64,000 bases of DNA from an uncultured Candidatus Saccharibacteria bacterium. GTDB lineage: Bacteria; Patescibacteriota; Saccharimonadia; CAILAD01; BJGX01. How positions within the stretch are numbered: position 1 is the first letter of the stretch; each line of letters starts with the position of its first letter. The notes under the pieces are model-generated. The model searched no databases and was not told the origin of the DNA. It saw nothing but the letters and a program-made list of their open reading frames with translations. Shown piece by piece: positions 48,646 through 58,377 of the stretch. The translations under genes and the position numbers were made by a program. The stretch is taken from positions 160,972 to 224,971 of the forward strand of contig CAZWVB010000001.1 of NCBI GenBank assembly GCA_964637185.1, written 5' to 3'.

Positions 48646-48977
48646 TGGCCAACCAATCTCTTACTAGCCTGATAAAGATTGCAGCACAAGTAACCAATTA
48701 GTACCAGTAACAAGATTTCTTCAACTGGCAAGTTCGGGTTGACTATATTTATATTCATAACGTATTTTTGATTGGTATAGAATATCTGCCAGCCAATTCC
48801 TGCGATGTCCAAAAGTAGCAGTAACAGTGTGCTGGCTAATATGGCTATGCCGCTAGCTGGAGTATTGTCCCAAAATGACAATCTATAATGCTTGTCTATA
48901 ACCATCATACCCCCTAAGCCAACAAGCAGCACTAGTAAATATGCAAAATGATCAATGATGTATACCATATTTTTCAC
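48642..48977 (-). CDS. Lycopene cyclase domain protein (heterodimeric cyclase subunit, CrtYc/CrtYe-like)
   Basis: 111 aa. Three TM helices. PVEE motif (NLPVEEILLLVL). Confidence 0.7.
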   Translation of the reverse strand: MKNMVYIIDHFAYLLVLLVGLGGMMVIDKHYRLSFWDNTPASGIAILASTLLLLLLDIAGIGWQIFYTNQKYVMNINIVNPNLPVEEILLLVLIGYLCCNLYQASKRLVGQ

Positions 48978-48990
48978 TAATAAGCCTAAC

Positions 48991-49006
48991 CCATCTGGTA
49001 TTATAT
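48991..49006 (+). promoter_or_regulatory. CCATCTGG plus ta plus TTATAT element 7 nt upstream of the crtI ATG (leaderless candidate)
   Basis: CCATCTGG at 48991-48998, TTATAT at 49001-49006, ATG at 49014. No SD. Confidence 0.4.
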
Positions 49007-49013
49007 ATGCAAT

Positions 49014-50507
49014 ATGAGTAGAAAATCAGTCATAATTGTTGGCGCGGGTATTGGAGGTTTGTGTACAGCAGCAAGGCTGTCATCACTTGGTTATCAGGTG
49101 TCTGTTTTCGAAAAAGAAGCCTTAGTCGGCGGTCGCGCCAACCGCATCGAAAAAGATGGTTACAAGTTTGATATTGGGCCTACGCTACTCATGATGACAG
49201 ATGTACTGGAAGAAACCTTCAGATTTTGTGGCAAAAAAATGACTGACTATCTAGAGTTGATACAGCTTGAACCAAATTATCAGGTGGTATTTGGTGATCA
49301 TAGTCGGGTAGAAGTGAGTAGCAACCTACCGCGTTTAACAAAGCAACTCGCCCGACTAGATGAAAAAGCACCCGAGCAGTTTTTTGACTATTTTGCCAGT
49401 GTCAGTGAGTTCTATAGATTGTCACGACACAACTATATAGAGCGAAACTTCGACAAATTGAGCGAGTTTGTAAATATTCGTCATGGCAGCAAGCTTCTCT
49501 ACAAACATGGCCTACAAAATTTGTGGGATTATACTGGTAGATATTTTGACGATGAAAGATTGCGACAACTTTTTAGTTTTCAAAGCATGTATTTGGGGGT
49601 TAGCCCATATGAGGCTCCGGCCATTTATTCCACAGTAAGTTATATGGAGACGGCTTTAGGTATTTGGTACCCAAAAGGTGGTATGTATAGTTTGAGTTTG
49701 GCTTTGGCCAAACTCTGTCGAGACCTGGGTGTAAAAATAACTACCAATAGCCCAGTGGAACAAATCATCGTAGAGTCAGGTCGAGCCAAAGCCGTACGAG
49801 TCGGTGGAAAGCAACATGCAGCCGATATTATTGTAGCCAACTCTGATTTGGTCTATAGCCATCAGTATCTGCTGAATGAAACCAGCCAGTTCGACAAATA
49901 CACGCCAAAACTTCAGAAGCTACGCCAAGCAAGCTCAGCGATGCTGTTTTACTGGGGTGTCAACGACGACTTGGATGGTTTGTTGCATCACAATGTGATT
50001 CTTAGCAATCAGTTCAAACAAAATTTGCAAGATATATTCCACAATCAGCGTTTGCCCAAAACGCCTAGTTTTTACGTTTACGTTCCTACAAAAACAGACC
50101 CGCGGCTTGCCCCGCCAAACCGTCATATAATGTATGTACTTGTGCCGGTGCCCAATCTCAGCGCCAACATCGATTGGCCAAAGGCGGCTGCACGTCTAAA
50201 AAAACAAGTTCTAGCTCGCTGTCTTCAGGAATTCAAAATTGATTTGACTGACAAAATAGACTCAGAAGAGGTATTTGGTCCCGAAGATTTCAAAACAAAG
50301 TTTAATTTGCCTGATGGATCTGCCTTTGGCCTCAGTCACACTCTGGCGCAATCTGCATATTTTCGTCCCCACAATAAATCCACTGACATCAAAAACTTAT
50401 TTTTTGTGGGCGCTAGTACTTATCCAGGTGGTGGTGTCCCTATGGTCACTATCAGCGCAAAACTTGTGGTTGAGCGTATTCAAAAAGGAGAAGCTAATGC
50501 TGTCTAA
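49014..50507 (+). CDS. crtI: Phytoene desaturase
   Basis: 497 aa. N-terminal FAD-binding motif IIVGAGIGGL. CrtI-type overall. Confidence 0.85.
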   Translation: MSRKSVIIVGAGIGGLCTAARLSSLGYQVSVFEKEALVGGRANRIEKDGYKFDIGPTLLMMTDVLEETFRFCGKKMTDYLELIQLEPNYQVVFGDHSRVEVSSNLPRLTKQLARLDEKAPEQFFDYFASVSEFYRLSRHNYIERNFDKLSEFVNIRHGSKLLYKHGLQNLWDYTGRYFDDERLRQLFSFQSMYLGVSPYEAPAIYSTVSYMETALGIWYPKGGMYSLSLALAKLCRDLGVKITTNSPVEQIIVESGRAKAVRVGGKQHAADIIVANSDLVYSHQYLLNETSQFDKYTPKLQKLRQASSAMLFYWGVNDDLDGLLHHNVILSNQFKQNLQDIFHNQRLPKTPSFYVYVPTKTDPRLAPPNRHIMYVLVPVPNLSANIDWPKAAARLKKQVLARCLQEFKIDLTDKIDSEEVFGPEDFKTKFNLPDGSAFGLSHTLAQSAYFRPHNKSTDIKNLFFVGASTYPGGGVPMVTISAKLVVERIQKGEANAV

Positions 50508-51552
50508 ATACATTGCCCACAACAAAGAGATGATAGATCACGCACTCAAAGAACATTTTGATAATACCGAAGCTCAATTGTCAGGTGATAGAGTAGTCCT
50601 TGATTTAGTTGAGAGTATCAAAAGTGTAGCCATGAACGGCGGCAAACGACTTAGGCCATTGTTGATGAGCTTGAGCTACGAGATGTACGGTGGGGGCAAC
50701 AAGTTGCTGAAGGTTCAGGCCGGTATTGTACTAGAGCTGCTGCATACATTTATGCTAATCCACGACGACATTGAAGACGGTGATTTACAGAGACATGGTG
50801 GCCCGACTGTTGAGGCGATATATCGTAACAAACTGACTGGCAAGAATATCGAACAAAGAAATCATATTGCTAGGGGATGCGCTATCAATGCTGGTGACGT
50901 AGCGCATTCGATGGTTTATGCTAAGCTCAGCTCACTTTCCGCACAGCCCTCAACAATAGTGTCGTTGGTAAAACTGGTAAGTGACAAGAGCATCATCACC
51001 GCTCTAGGGCAGCAGCACGACATACTTGCGCCCACTACAAAAAAGCTAGTGCTAGCAGATGTTGAGCGTATTGCTCTATACAAGACTGCCTACTATTCGT
51101 TTATCTTGCCATTGTTGTTTGGATCAACACTCGCGGAAAATACCAAAGACGGTAAAAAACTCGAGCAGATTGGTCGTAACCTAGGCGTGGCATTTCAAAT
51201 CACAGATGACTTGTTGGGTGTATATGGACAATCAGAAGTGTTGGGTAAGCCAAATATATCGGACATGAGGGAAGGCAAAAATACCATGTTATTGCATCAC
51301 GCACTAAGCATGGCCCAGCCAAGTCAGATCAAGACTATCAAACAGTATTGGGGGAACTCTCAGGCCGACAGTGCCGCACTGGACCAGATCCGTGAAATTT
51401 TTGAAGTATCTGGTGCCAAGCAGAAAGCCATCAATGATGCTAGTGAGTTACACGCCATTGCTGTCAAAAATATCAAGGGTCTTAAGATCGACACTAAGTA
51501 TCAACAATTATTGCAAGAATTCTCAGATAAATGCGTCAACAGGATATTTTGA
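50497..51552 (+). CDS. crtE: Polyprenyl (geranylgeranyl) diphosphate synthase
   Basis: First aspartate-rich motif LIHDDIEDGD, second aspartate-rich motif FQITDDLLG. The ATG at 50497 has AAAGGAG upstream. The ORF track entry 50275.. is an in-frame upstream extension that overlaps the 3' end of crtI, which lies in a different reading frame. Confidence 0.85.
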   Translation: MLSKYIAHNKEMIDHALKEHFDNTEAQLSGDRVVLDLVESIKSVAMNGGKRLRPLLMSLSYEMYGGGNKLLKVQAGIVLELLHTFMLIHDDIEDGDLQRHGGPTVEAIYRNKLTGKNIEQRNHIARGCAINAGDVAHSMVYAKLSSLSAQPSTIVSLVKLVSDKSIITALGQQHDILAPTTKKLVLADVERIALYKTAYYSFILPLLFGSTLAENTKDGKKLEQIGRNLGVAFQITDDLLGVYGQSEVLGKPNISDMREGKNTMLLHHALSMAQPSQIKTIKQYWGNSQADSAALDQIREIFEVSGAKQKAINDASELHAIAVKNIKGLKIDTKYQQLLQEFSDKCVNRIF

Positions 51553-52403
51553 TGTCTCAGCTAACTTACAACCAGACTGTCTATACCCGAGCCAGCTACC
51601 AGACTAGCAAGTTATGGACACGCGAATTTTCCTCGTCTTTTTATAAAGCAACAACACTTTTGGACGAACCGATCAGGACTCACATATTTAATGTTTATGG
51701 GTTAGTCCGTTTGGCAGATGAAATAGTGGATAGTTGGCGACCATCGGACATGGCTACAATGTTATCAGCTCTTGAGAAAGATATTTACAAAGCCACAAAG
51801 TCTGGTTTTAGTACCAACCCGATCGTCCATGCATATGCAATTACCGTAGTGCAATTTGGTATCGATCAGGATTTGATAAAAGCTTTTTTTGCGAGCATGA
51901 AAATGGACATAGCAAAAAGTAAGTACACACAAACCGAATTTGAGCGCTATATATATGGTTCGGCACAGTCAGTTGGTTTGATGTGCTTGGCGGTGTTTGT
52001 AAATGGCGATCGGCAGATGTATAACAGGCTAAAGCCAGCCGCCATGTCTCTCGGCGCAGGTTTTCAAAAGGTCAATTTTTTGCGTGACTTAGGTAGTGAT
52101 GAGCAGGAGCTAGCTAGGTATTATTTCCCAAAACAAAACGCCAAACAAATCACTATCAAACAATACCGGGCTATCATTGCCGATATCAATGCTGATTTTA
52201 CAACGGCTCAAATAGGCATCGTTCATTTGCCAAAAAGCTCCCGCTATGCAGTAGCGCTAGCCTTGGCTTCTTACAAGTTGTTGTTAGACAAATTATCACA
52301 ACAATCACTCTCAGATGTTTACGGTGCTAGATATAGAGTAGGATCATTACAGAAAGCTCAGTTGCTCACAAAATATCGTCTGGTCAAAATGCTTGGAAGA
52401 TGA
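51552..52403 (+). CDS. crtB: Phytoene synthase
   Basis: Squalene/phytoene synthase fold: YIYGSAQSVGLMCL, DEL... The start is either the ATG at 51552 (TGATG overlap with the crtE stop) or the ATG at 51531. Confidence 0.85.
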   Translation: MSQLTYNQTVYTRASYQTSKLWTREFSSSFYKATTLLDEPIRTHIFNVYGLVRLADEIVDSWRPSDMATMLSALEKDIYKATKSGFSTNPIVHAYAITVVQFGIDQDLIKAFFASMKMDIAKSKYTQTEFERYIYGSAQSVGLMCLAVFVNGDRQMYNRLKPAAMSLGAGFQKVNFLRDLGSDEQELARYYFPKQNAKQITIKQYRAIIADINADFTTAQIGIVHLPKSSRYAVALALASYKLLLDKLSQQSLSDVYGARYRVGSLQKAQLLTKYRLVKMLGR

Positions 52404-52415
52404 GACACTAGAAGT

Positions 52416-53588
52416 ATGGCCCCAAAATCATCCAAATTTGTGGTGGATGGTATTGCATATGAACTTAGTCCGGATGGTGCTCGTCGTGTAGGTGTCAAAA
52501 CCAAGCCCAAAATTGGTGTTAAGAGACCAACCCATACCCAAACCAGCAATCCTGAGATCATACCACTCAATACCGAAAGTCGTAATACAAGCAGCTGGCT
52601 TTGGATATTGACCAGCGTGCGCATGGTGCTTTCAATCCGGTTTTGGTTGGTAGTATTTTTACCCATTGGATTACTGATTGTCATTAAGACCCTACAACTC
52701 AATTCGTATGAGTTGGTCCAAACTGGCTCCAATTGGTTGACACTTGCCAAAATAGCGCGCCTACAACTCACGGCGGTTTTTTTTGCTGCTCTGCTGGTAG
52801 TAGGTATTTTTCTAGAGGCTTGGTTGCGCAAATTGGCTGCTGATAATAAGCCAACGTATTGGAGTATGATGGCGGCGATTGTTGCATCATCACTTGGCTA
52901 TGGCGTGTTAATAATGATGGCAGCGGCGTTAGTGTTTGGCGTGTGTCTGATGACGATTAATCAGTTGTATGTAGCCTTACCTATTTTGACCGTCTTCATA
53001 TGCTTACTAATCGTGGCGAGCTGGCTCATGTTTGCTCTATGGTGTTGGTCTCGTCGCAACTTAGTGTTGTCTGGATTTGGCCAGTCCTTGAAGGTGAATC
53101 GACAAATCTTATTGCCCAAATCAGCGAACGCTGGATTTCTTGCCACTACAGGCTATTCAGCAATACGTATCTTGCCAGCCACTATGACACTGCTGCTGCT
53201 TTTGCTAGTAATAGGTATAATTACTTTGGTATTTGTATCTGGTTTGTCGGTAGGCTGGCAAGCATTAACAATGATCTTGGGCTTGGTGTTAAGTCTGTTG
53301 ATGCTTAGCTATGATCATCTTGCAAAACTCCAATACTGGCGACAAGTGTTGAAACCTGCCGATCAATACAAACGGTATCCGTCGGGTGCTTTGACCATGC
53401 TAGGAGTCGATGCCCTTGTGGTTGTATTAGTGGCCGTAGCACTTATGGTACAGTTGGTGATCCCAAAACTACTCTTGAAAGCACATCTGACCACCAAAGA
53501 CATCAAAAAAACCTTTGATCAACTCAATCTTACACTGCCGTCACCCAAGCAGGTCAAACCATTTGACAACTCTACAGAAAACAGGTAA
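52416..53588 (+). CDS. Hypothetical polytopic membrane protein (390 aa)
   Basis: Roughly 8-10 predicted TM helices. No recognised motif. Immediately downstream of crtB. Confidence 0.5.
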   Translation: MAPKSSKFVVDGIAYELSPDGARRVGVKTKPKIGVKRPTHTQTSNPEIIPLNTESRNTSSWLWILTSVRMVLSIRFWLVVFLPIGLLIVIKTLQLNSYELVQTGSNWLTLAKIARLQLTAVFFAALLVVGIFLEAWLRKLAADNKPTYWSMMAAIVASSLGYGVLIMMAAALVFGVCLMTINQLYVALPILTVFICLLIVASWLMFALWCWSRRNLVLSGFGQSLKVNRQILLPKSANAGFLATTGYSAIRILPATMTLLLLLLVIGIITLVFVSGLSVGWQALTMILGLVLSLLMLSYDHLAKLQYWRQVLKPADQYKRYPSGALTMLGVDALVVVLVAVALMVQLVIPKLLLKAHLTTKDIKKTFDQLNLTLPSPKQVKPFDNSTENR

Positions 53589-53630
53589 AATTATGTCAAA
53601 GCCGCCGAGAGGCTTTTTTGGATTACAACC

Positions 53631-53822
53631 ATGCAACGCGTGACCAACTACCTACAGGGTTCGCTTGCCGAGCTCAAAAAAGTTATATGGCCAACCCGCC
53701 GACAGGCGATTACGCTGGCCGTGATTGTTGTAGTCGTATCGTTGGTACTAGGTATCTACCTGTCAGGCTTGGATGCAATTTTCCGCCAAGCTTTACAGGC
53801 TATTATTAAACGAGGGCAGTGA
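53631..53822 (+). CDS. secE: Preprotein translocase subunit SecE
   Basis: 63 aa with a single TM. ...[12 protein letters not shown]... is typical of SecE. Confidence 0.9.
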   Translation: MQRVTNYLQGSLAELKKVIWPTRRQAITLAVIVVVVSLVLGIYLSGLDAIFRQALQAIIKRGQ

Positions 53823-53829
53823 GTCAGTT

Positions 53830-54369
53830 ATGAATAAACAGTCAGGACAACAATCTTGGTACGTGATACACACCTATTCTGGTTATGAGGATCAGGTGGC
53901 TGAGGCTTTGCGTCAACGTATTGAGTCGATGGACTTGAGCGATAAGATATTTGATGTGATTGTGCCTAAAGAAAAGCAGATTGAGATCAAAAACGGTCGC
54001 CGTCGTACAGTAGAGCGCAAAATCTTTCCCGGCTATATCATGGTGCATATGATTGTTACCGAAGATAGCTGGTTTGTGGTCCGCAACACACCCAATGTGA
54101 CTGGCTTTGTGGGTAGTGGTACCACGCCATCGCCACTCAGTGAAGATGAAGTCAAAGCCATCCAGAAGCGCATGGGCGTAGAGGAGCCTAAATTCAAGAT
54201 TGATTACTCGGTAGGCGAGCTGGTCAACATCACCGATGGTCCATTCAAGGGCTTTGACGGAACAATATCCGAGGTAGATGAGCAAAAAGGTAAGATCAAG
54301 GTATTGGTCAGTATGTTTGGCCGTGAGACCCCGGTTGAGCTAGATGGCCTGCAGGTAAAGAAGGTATAA
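53830..54369 (+). CDS. nusG: Transcription termination/antitermination factor NusG
   Basis: NGN domain ([14 protein letters not shown]) and KOW domain ([18 protein letters not shown]). The ORF track start at 53773 is an upstream extension. ATG at 53830 chosen. Confidence 0.93.
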   Translation: MNKQSGQQSWYVIHTYSGYEDQVAEALRQRIESMDLSDKIFDVIVPKEKQIEIKNGRRRTVERKIFPGYIMVHMIVTEDSWFVVRNTPNVTGFVGSGTTPSPLSEDEVKAIQKRMGVEEPKFKIDYSVGELVNITDGPFKGFDGTISEVDEQKGKIKVLVSMFGRETPVELDGLQVKKV

Positions 54370-54373
54370 AATT

Positions 54374-54811
54374 ATGGCAGAATCAAAACAAGTACTCGCA
54401 AAAGTAAAAATGGTATTGATGGGTGGTGGTGCCACCCCAGCTCCTCCAGTTGGTTCGAGCTTGGGTCAGCATGGTGTCAACATGATGGATTTTATCAATC
54501 CATTCAATGAGCAGACCCAGGATCGCAAAGGCCAGCCTACTCCTGTAGTAGTGACTATCTATGAAGACAAGTCTATGACTTTTGTCATCAAAGGTACCCC
54601 TGCCAAAACACTTATCAAAGAAGCTCTCAAGCTCAAAAGTGGCAGTGGCGTGCCCAACAAAGACAAGGTGGGCAAACTCACTGATGCTCAGCTAACCCAA
54701 ATAGCTGAGGCCAAAATGGCTGATCTTAATGCCAATGATATTGAGGCGGCTAAGAAAATCATCGCCGGTACGGCTCGGAGCATGGGCGTCGAGACAGAGT
54801 TGAAGAAATAA
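54374..54811 (+). CDS. rplK: 50S ribosomal protein L11
   Basis: 145 aa. Confidence 0.95.
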   Translation: MAESKQVLAKVKMVLMGGGATPAPPVGSSLGQHGVNMMDFINPFNEQTQDRKGQPTPVVVTIYEDKSMTFVIKGTPAKTLIKEALKLKSGSGVPNKDKVGKLTDAQLTQIAEAKMADLNANDIEAAKKIIAGTARSMGVETELKK

Positions 54812-54863
54812 TTAACCTGTGTGGAATCCAGCATAGCTGGAGTTTGACCACGAAGGAGTATAT

Positions 54864-55826
54864 ATGCCAACTAAGAAAGTTGAAGCAAAAGAATCTAGGA
54901 AAACCAGTAAGGCATCAGTTGCAGAAAAATCAGCAGCAGCTGTAAAGGATGAAGTAGCCACGGACCCAACTAACAAAGCTACGACCAAAGCAGGTAAGCA
55001 TAGCGCCAAAGCTCAAGCTGAAGCCGAAGCCAAACAGGCCAAGGAAGCTCGCAAAGCAGATATCAAAAAAGAGGCAGAGGCTAAGGTTGAAGTGCCCAAG
55101 CCAACCCAAAAACCACGCGTCAAGCGCTACACCAAGAACCAAAAAGCTGTTCGCGAGCTGGTTGATAATGACAAGCTATATAGTATCGATGAAGCAATCG
55201 AGCTGCTGCCCAAAATTTCCAAGACCAAATTTGATGCTACTGCAGAAATTCATATAGCTTGCAATATCGATACCAAACAAGCTGACCAACAGGTGCGTAG
55301 TAGCGTGTCATTGCCCGCCGGTACAGGCAAGACTGTGCGTGTAGCTGTACTAGCTGACGATAAAGACGCCGAAGCTGCTAAGAAAGCTGGCGCTGACATT
55401 ACCAATGCCGAAGAGCTACTGGCGGCCATAGGCAAAGAAAAGTTTGATTTTGATGTATTGGTAGCAACACCTGCCAAGATGGCTGAGCTTGGTCGCTTTG
55501 CCAAAGTGCTTGGCCCCAAAGGCTTAATGCCTTCACCCAAGAACAATACAGTGACTGCCGACCCAGCCGCTGCTGTAACTGAGATCAAGAAGGGTCAAGC
55601 CGAGCTGCGTGCCGATAGCAACGGTATCGTTCATGTAGCTTTTGGCAAACTCAGCTTCAAGCCAACCGATCTAGCCGCCAATCTCAAAGCTGTTGTATCA
55701 GGGCTCATGCAAGCCAAACCAGCGGGCGTCAAGGGCGTGTTTGTGCGCAGCATGTTTGTAAGCGCTACTATGAGCCCAAGTATCAAGCTTGATGTAGCTG
55801 CCGCTCAAAAAGACAGCAAGCAATAA
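54864..55826 (+). CDS. rplA: 50S ribosomal protein L1 with a ~90-aa lysine/alanine/glutamate-rich N-terminal extension
   Basis: 320 aa. An L1 core follows the low-complexity N-terminus. Confidence 0.93.
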   Translation: MPTKKVEAKESRKTSKASVAEKSAAAVKDEVATDPTNKATTKAGKHSAKAQAEAEAKQAKEARKADIKKEAEAKVEVPKPTQKPRVKRYTKNQKAVRELVDNDKLYSIDEAIELLPKISKTKFDATAEIHIACNIDTKQADQQVRSSVSLPAGTGKTVRVAVLADDKDAEAAKKAGADITNAEELLAAIGKEKFDFDVLVATPAKMAELGRFAKVLGPKGLMPSPKNNTVTADPAAAVTEIKKGQAELRADSNGIVHVAFGKLSFKPTDLAANLKAVVSGLMQAKPAGVKGVFVRSMFVSATMSPSIKLDVAAAQKDSKQ

Positions 55827-55956
55827 GTATTTTGAGCGCACATAACTTCGTTGCCAGCTGCGATGCTCATGTAATGTAGACCGCCTACATCTTACTTCGC
55901 TTCTCGCTGGCGCCTTGTTCTGCGCTGCTCAAATCTACTAATTTCAAATCTCTTCA

Positions 55957-55984
55957 AATGATCCGCCAACTGGCGGATCATTTT
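55957..55984 (+). terminator. Rho-independent terminator after rplA
   Basis: AATGATCCGCC-aact-GGCGGATCATTTTGG. Confidence 0.75.
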
Positions 55985-56029
55985 GGTTATGGTTGGTAGG
56001 ATTGATATTATTTGTTAGGCTAAGTAAAT

Positions 56030-56848
56030 ATGAGAGGGCCAAATCCAATTGATTTTGATAAGTGGTTGCGCGATCGATCGCGTCAGGCCGACTTTGATTT
56101 GGCCGATGTTGAGTTATATCAGCGGAAAGCAAACCAACCATTTTCTGGGGTATTGGGTGATGCTGAGCTCAAAGCCTGCATGAATACTGGTCAGGTGGTG
56201 ATCGATCCATTTGAGCCTGAGCTACTCAACTCCAGCAGCTATGATGTGCGTTTGGGTGGTAACTATTACGTCGCCGAGAAAGTTGGCGACCGAGTGGACT
56301 TCTCACCCTATACCAAAGAAGAAGTTGAGCTTTACTACTCTGGCCCTCACAAGGCTACTACTCATGAGCAGTGGTGCAAACAGCATCGTCGCCAACCATT
56401 CGCCGGCATCGATCGCGACGAACATATCATAGTGTTGGCGCCGGGTGAATGCATATTGGCCCATACGGTGGAGTACATTGGCGCGAGCTATGGCATCACT
56501 ACCATGATGAAGGCTCGCTCAAGTCTGGGCCGTATCAACATCAGCTCTTGCGACGACGCCGGTTGGGGAGATGTTGGCTACATCAATCGTTGGACCATGG
56601 AGATACGTAACAAAAACACCAGCGTATGGGTGCCTTTGGTAGTTGGAATGCCGATTGCCCAAATGATTTTCTTCTGGGTAGCAGCTAGCACCATAGATTA
56701 TGGCGCTACTGGCCATTATCAATCGGGGGTTGATATCCGTAAACTACAAAAAGCCTGGCGCCCCGAAGGAATGCTACCTAAATTGTACTCTAGCAGCAAT
56801 ACCGCATTGCGCAAGAAGTTGTCCAAAGACAAAAAGACTGGCTTTTGA
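56030..56848 (+). CDS. dCTP deaminase family protein (Dcd-like; possibly a bifunctional dCTP deaminase/dUTPase) with N- and C-terminal extensions
   Basis: Aligns to E. coli Dcd blocks: SYDVRLG vs TVDVRLG, LAPGECILAHTVEYI vs LHPGELALAVTLESV, KARSSLGRINI vs DGRSSLARLGL, DAGWGDVGYINRWTMEIRN vs DPGWSGCIVLEFYN. Confidence 0.75.
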   Translation: MRGPNPIDFDKWLRDRSRQADFDLADVELYQRKANQPFSGVLGDAELKACMNTGQVVIDPFEPELLNSSSYDVRLGGNYYVAEKVGDRVDFSPYTKEEVELYYSGPHKATTHEQWCKQHRRQPFAGIDRDEHIIVLAPGECILAHTVEYIGASYGITTMMKARSSLGRINISSCDDAGWGDVGYINRWTMEIRNKNTSVWVPLVVGMPIAQMIFFWVAASTIDYGATGHYQSGVDIRKLQKAWRPEGMLPKLYSSSNTALRKKLSKDKKTGF

Positions 56849-56948
56849 ACTTAGTTTTCAAGCTTTTTAGTTTGAGCACAATCATATATACTAAATCCTG
56901 ACTTAGAGGCGGAAAGTTTCCGACCTTGAAAACTAGGAGGTGAGGGCT

Positions 56949-57449
56949 GTGCCCCACATCAACAATCCAGGGGTGGATTGGTGCGTCACGGCCTACATCG
57001 TCCGTGAACATGAAGGTGAGTTGCAGGTTCTACTGTGCGACCATCGCAAGCTCGGCACATGGGTGCCGATTGGTGGCCACGTGGAACCGCACGAAGACCC
57101 CATCACGGCGCTGTTTCGCGAAGTTCGTGAGGAGTGTGGTGGGATCGATATCAAGCTGCTCTACGGCAAAGCGTCGCGTTCCCACTACGGTCCGAAGAAC
57201 TACGACCTGCCCAAGCCAGACTTCTTCGATCTTCACCCGATCGAGACCGAGGTGGATCATCAGCATGTTGGCATGGGCTGGATCTGCTGGCTCGACGCTG
57301 GCGAACCGACGCTCAGCGATGAGCATCGAGAGCTGCGTTGGTTCAGCCGAGGTGATCTCAGTGGGGTCAGCATGCCGATCAACGTGCTCAATCACGCCTG
57401 CGACGCGCTGCACTACACCAAGCTCGACATCAGCTGGGTAAAGGAGTAA
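56949..57449 (+). CDS. Nudix hydrolase (GC-rich)
   Basis: Nudix box GGHVEPHEDPITALFREVREECG. GTG at 56949 has AGGAGG 8 nt upstream. The ORF track start at 56940 is an alternative. Confidence 0.75.
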   Translation: MPHINNPGVDWCVTAYIVREHEGELQVLLCDHRKLGTWVPIGGHVEPHEDPITALFREVREECGGIDIKLLYGKASRSHYGPKNYDLPKPDFFDLHPIETEVDHQHVGMGWICWLDAGEPTLSDEHRELRWFSRGDLSGVSMPINVLNHACDALHYTKLDISWVKE

Positions 57450-57452
57450 GAC

Positions 57453-58070
57453 ATGTCTCAACCACTCTATATTGCACTTGAGGGTGTTGAGGGTTGTGGC
57501 AAGTCCACGCAAGCTCAACTCCTCGCCGATCGACTCGGTGCTGTTCTGACTCGTGAGCCAGGCGGCACCCCGATGGGCAGCATGGTTCGCCAGATCTTGC
57601 TCGATCCGAACACCGGAGAGCTCGAACCCATGGCCGAAGTGTTGCTGTTCAATGCCGACCGTGTGCAGCATCTGCACGAGGTGGTGTTGCCGGCGCTGCA
57701 GGCTGGCCAGCCAGTGGTCTCTGATCGCAGCTATGTCAGCAACTGTGTCTACCAAGGCCACGCTCGTGGGCTGGGTGCCGACTATGTGCGCTCGGTCTGC
57801 AGCCTGGTGGTGACCGAGCTGTTCCCGCATCGAATCTTCGTGCTGGATGTGGACCTGGCTGACTCAATGGCACGGATCAGTGCCCGTGGGGGTGAACTCG
57901 ACCGCTTCGAACAAGAAGGAGCGGAGTTTCATGCCAAGCTCGTAGAGGGGTTCCGCATCGAAGCTCAGAAGGGGCTGCCTGGTCAGTTCGTGTTCATCGA
58001 TGGCCGCGGCAGCGTGGAAGAAGTCCAACAATCCATCTGGGCTCATGTCGAGCCCTTGCAAGCAGCCTGA
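57453..58070 (+). CDS. tmk: Thymidylate (dTMP) kinase
   Basis: P-loop IALEGVEGCGKST, TREPGGT and LID-region DRFE. Confidence 0.9.
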   Translation: MSQPLYIALEGVEGCGKSTQAQLLADRLGAVLTREPGGTPMGSMVRQILLDPNTGELEPMAEVLLFNADRVQHLHEVVLPALQAGQPVVSDRSYVSNCVYQGHARGLGADYVRSVCSLVVTELFPHRIFVLDVDLADSMARISARGGELDRFEQEGAEFHAKLVEGFRIEAQKGLPGQFVFIDGRGSVEEVQQSIWAHVEPLQAA

Positions 58071-58082
58071 GAGGAGGGCAGC

Positions 58083-58352
58083 GTGAGTGCGCCACTGCTA
58101 GATATGAAGGTCCGCTTCAACCAGGAGCGGAAGATGTGGGAGGCTTATCGGCGTGCTCCGCGCACCGTCAACGACTCTGTCGGCCACCCGCGTCACAAGC
58201 CAGAGGTTGAAGTAGTGGTAGAAGCCGGTGACATGGCTACGTTTCGCGAGAAACTAATCGATCACTTACTCCGGCCGTACTTCGAGCGAGCACAAGAAGA
58301 AGTCGATGCCGCGATCGATGCGGCATATCGTGAACAACCGCGCCCCAACTAG
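58083..58352 (+). CDS. Hypothetical protein (89 aa), GC-rich
   Basis: GTG start with GAGGAGGG upstream. No motif. Confidence 0.4.
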   Translation: MSAPLLDMKVRFNQERKMWEAYRRAPRTVNDSVGHPRHKPEVEVVVEAGDMATFREKLIDHLLRPYFERAQEEVDAAIDAAYREQPRPN

Positions 58353-58377
58353 GGCTACATCAACAAGGAGGGGCGCA

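Noticed and set aside
53773-53829. Upstream extension of nusG overlapping secE
   Set aside because: NusG homologs begin near the WYV... motif. The extension overlaps the secE coding sequence in another frame. ATG 53830 preferred.
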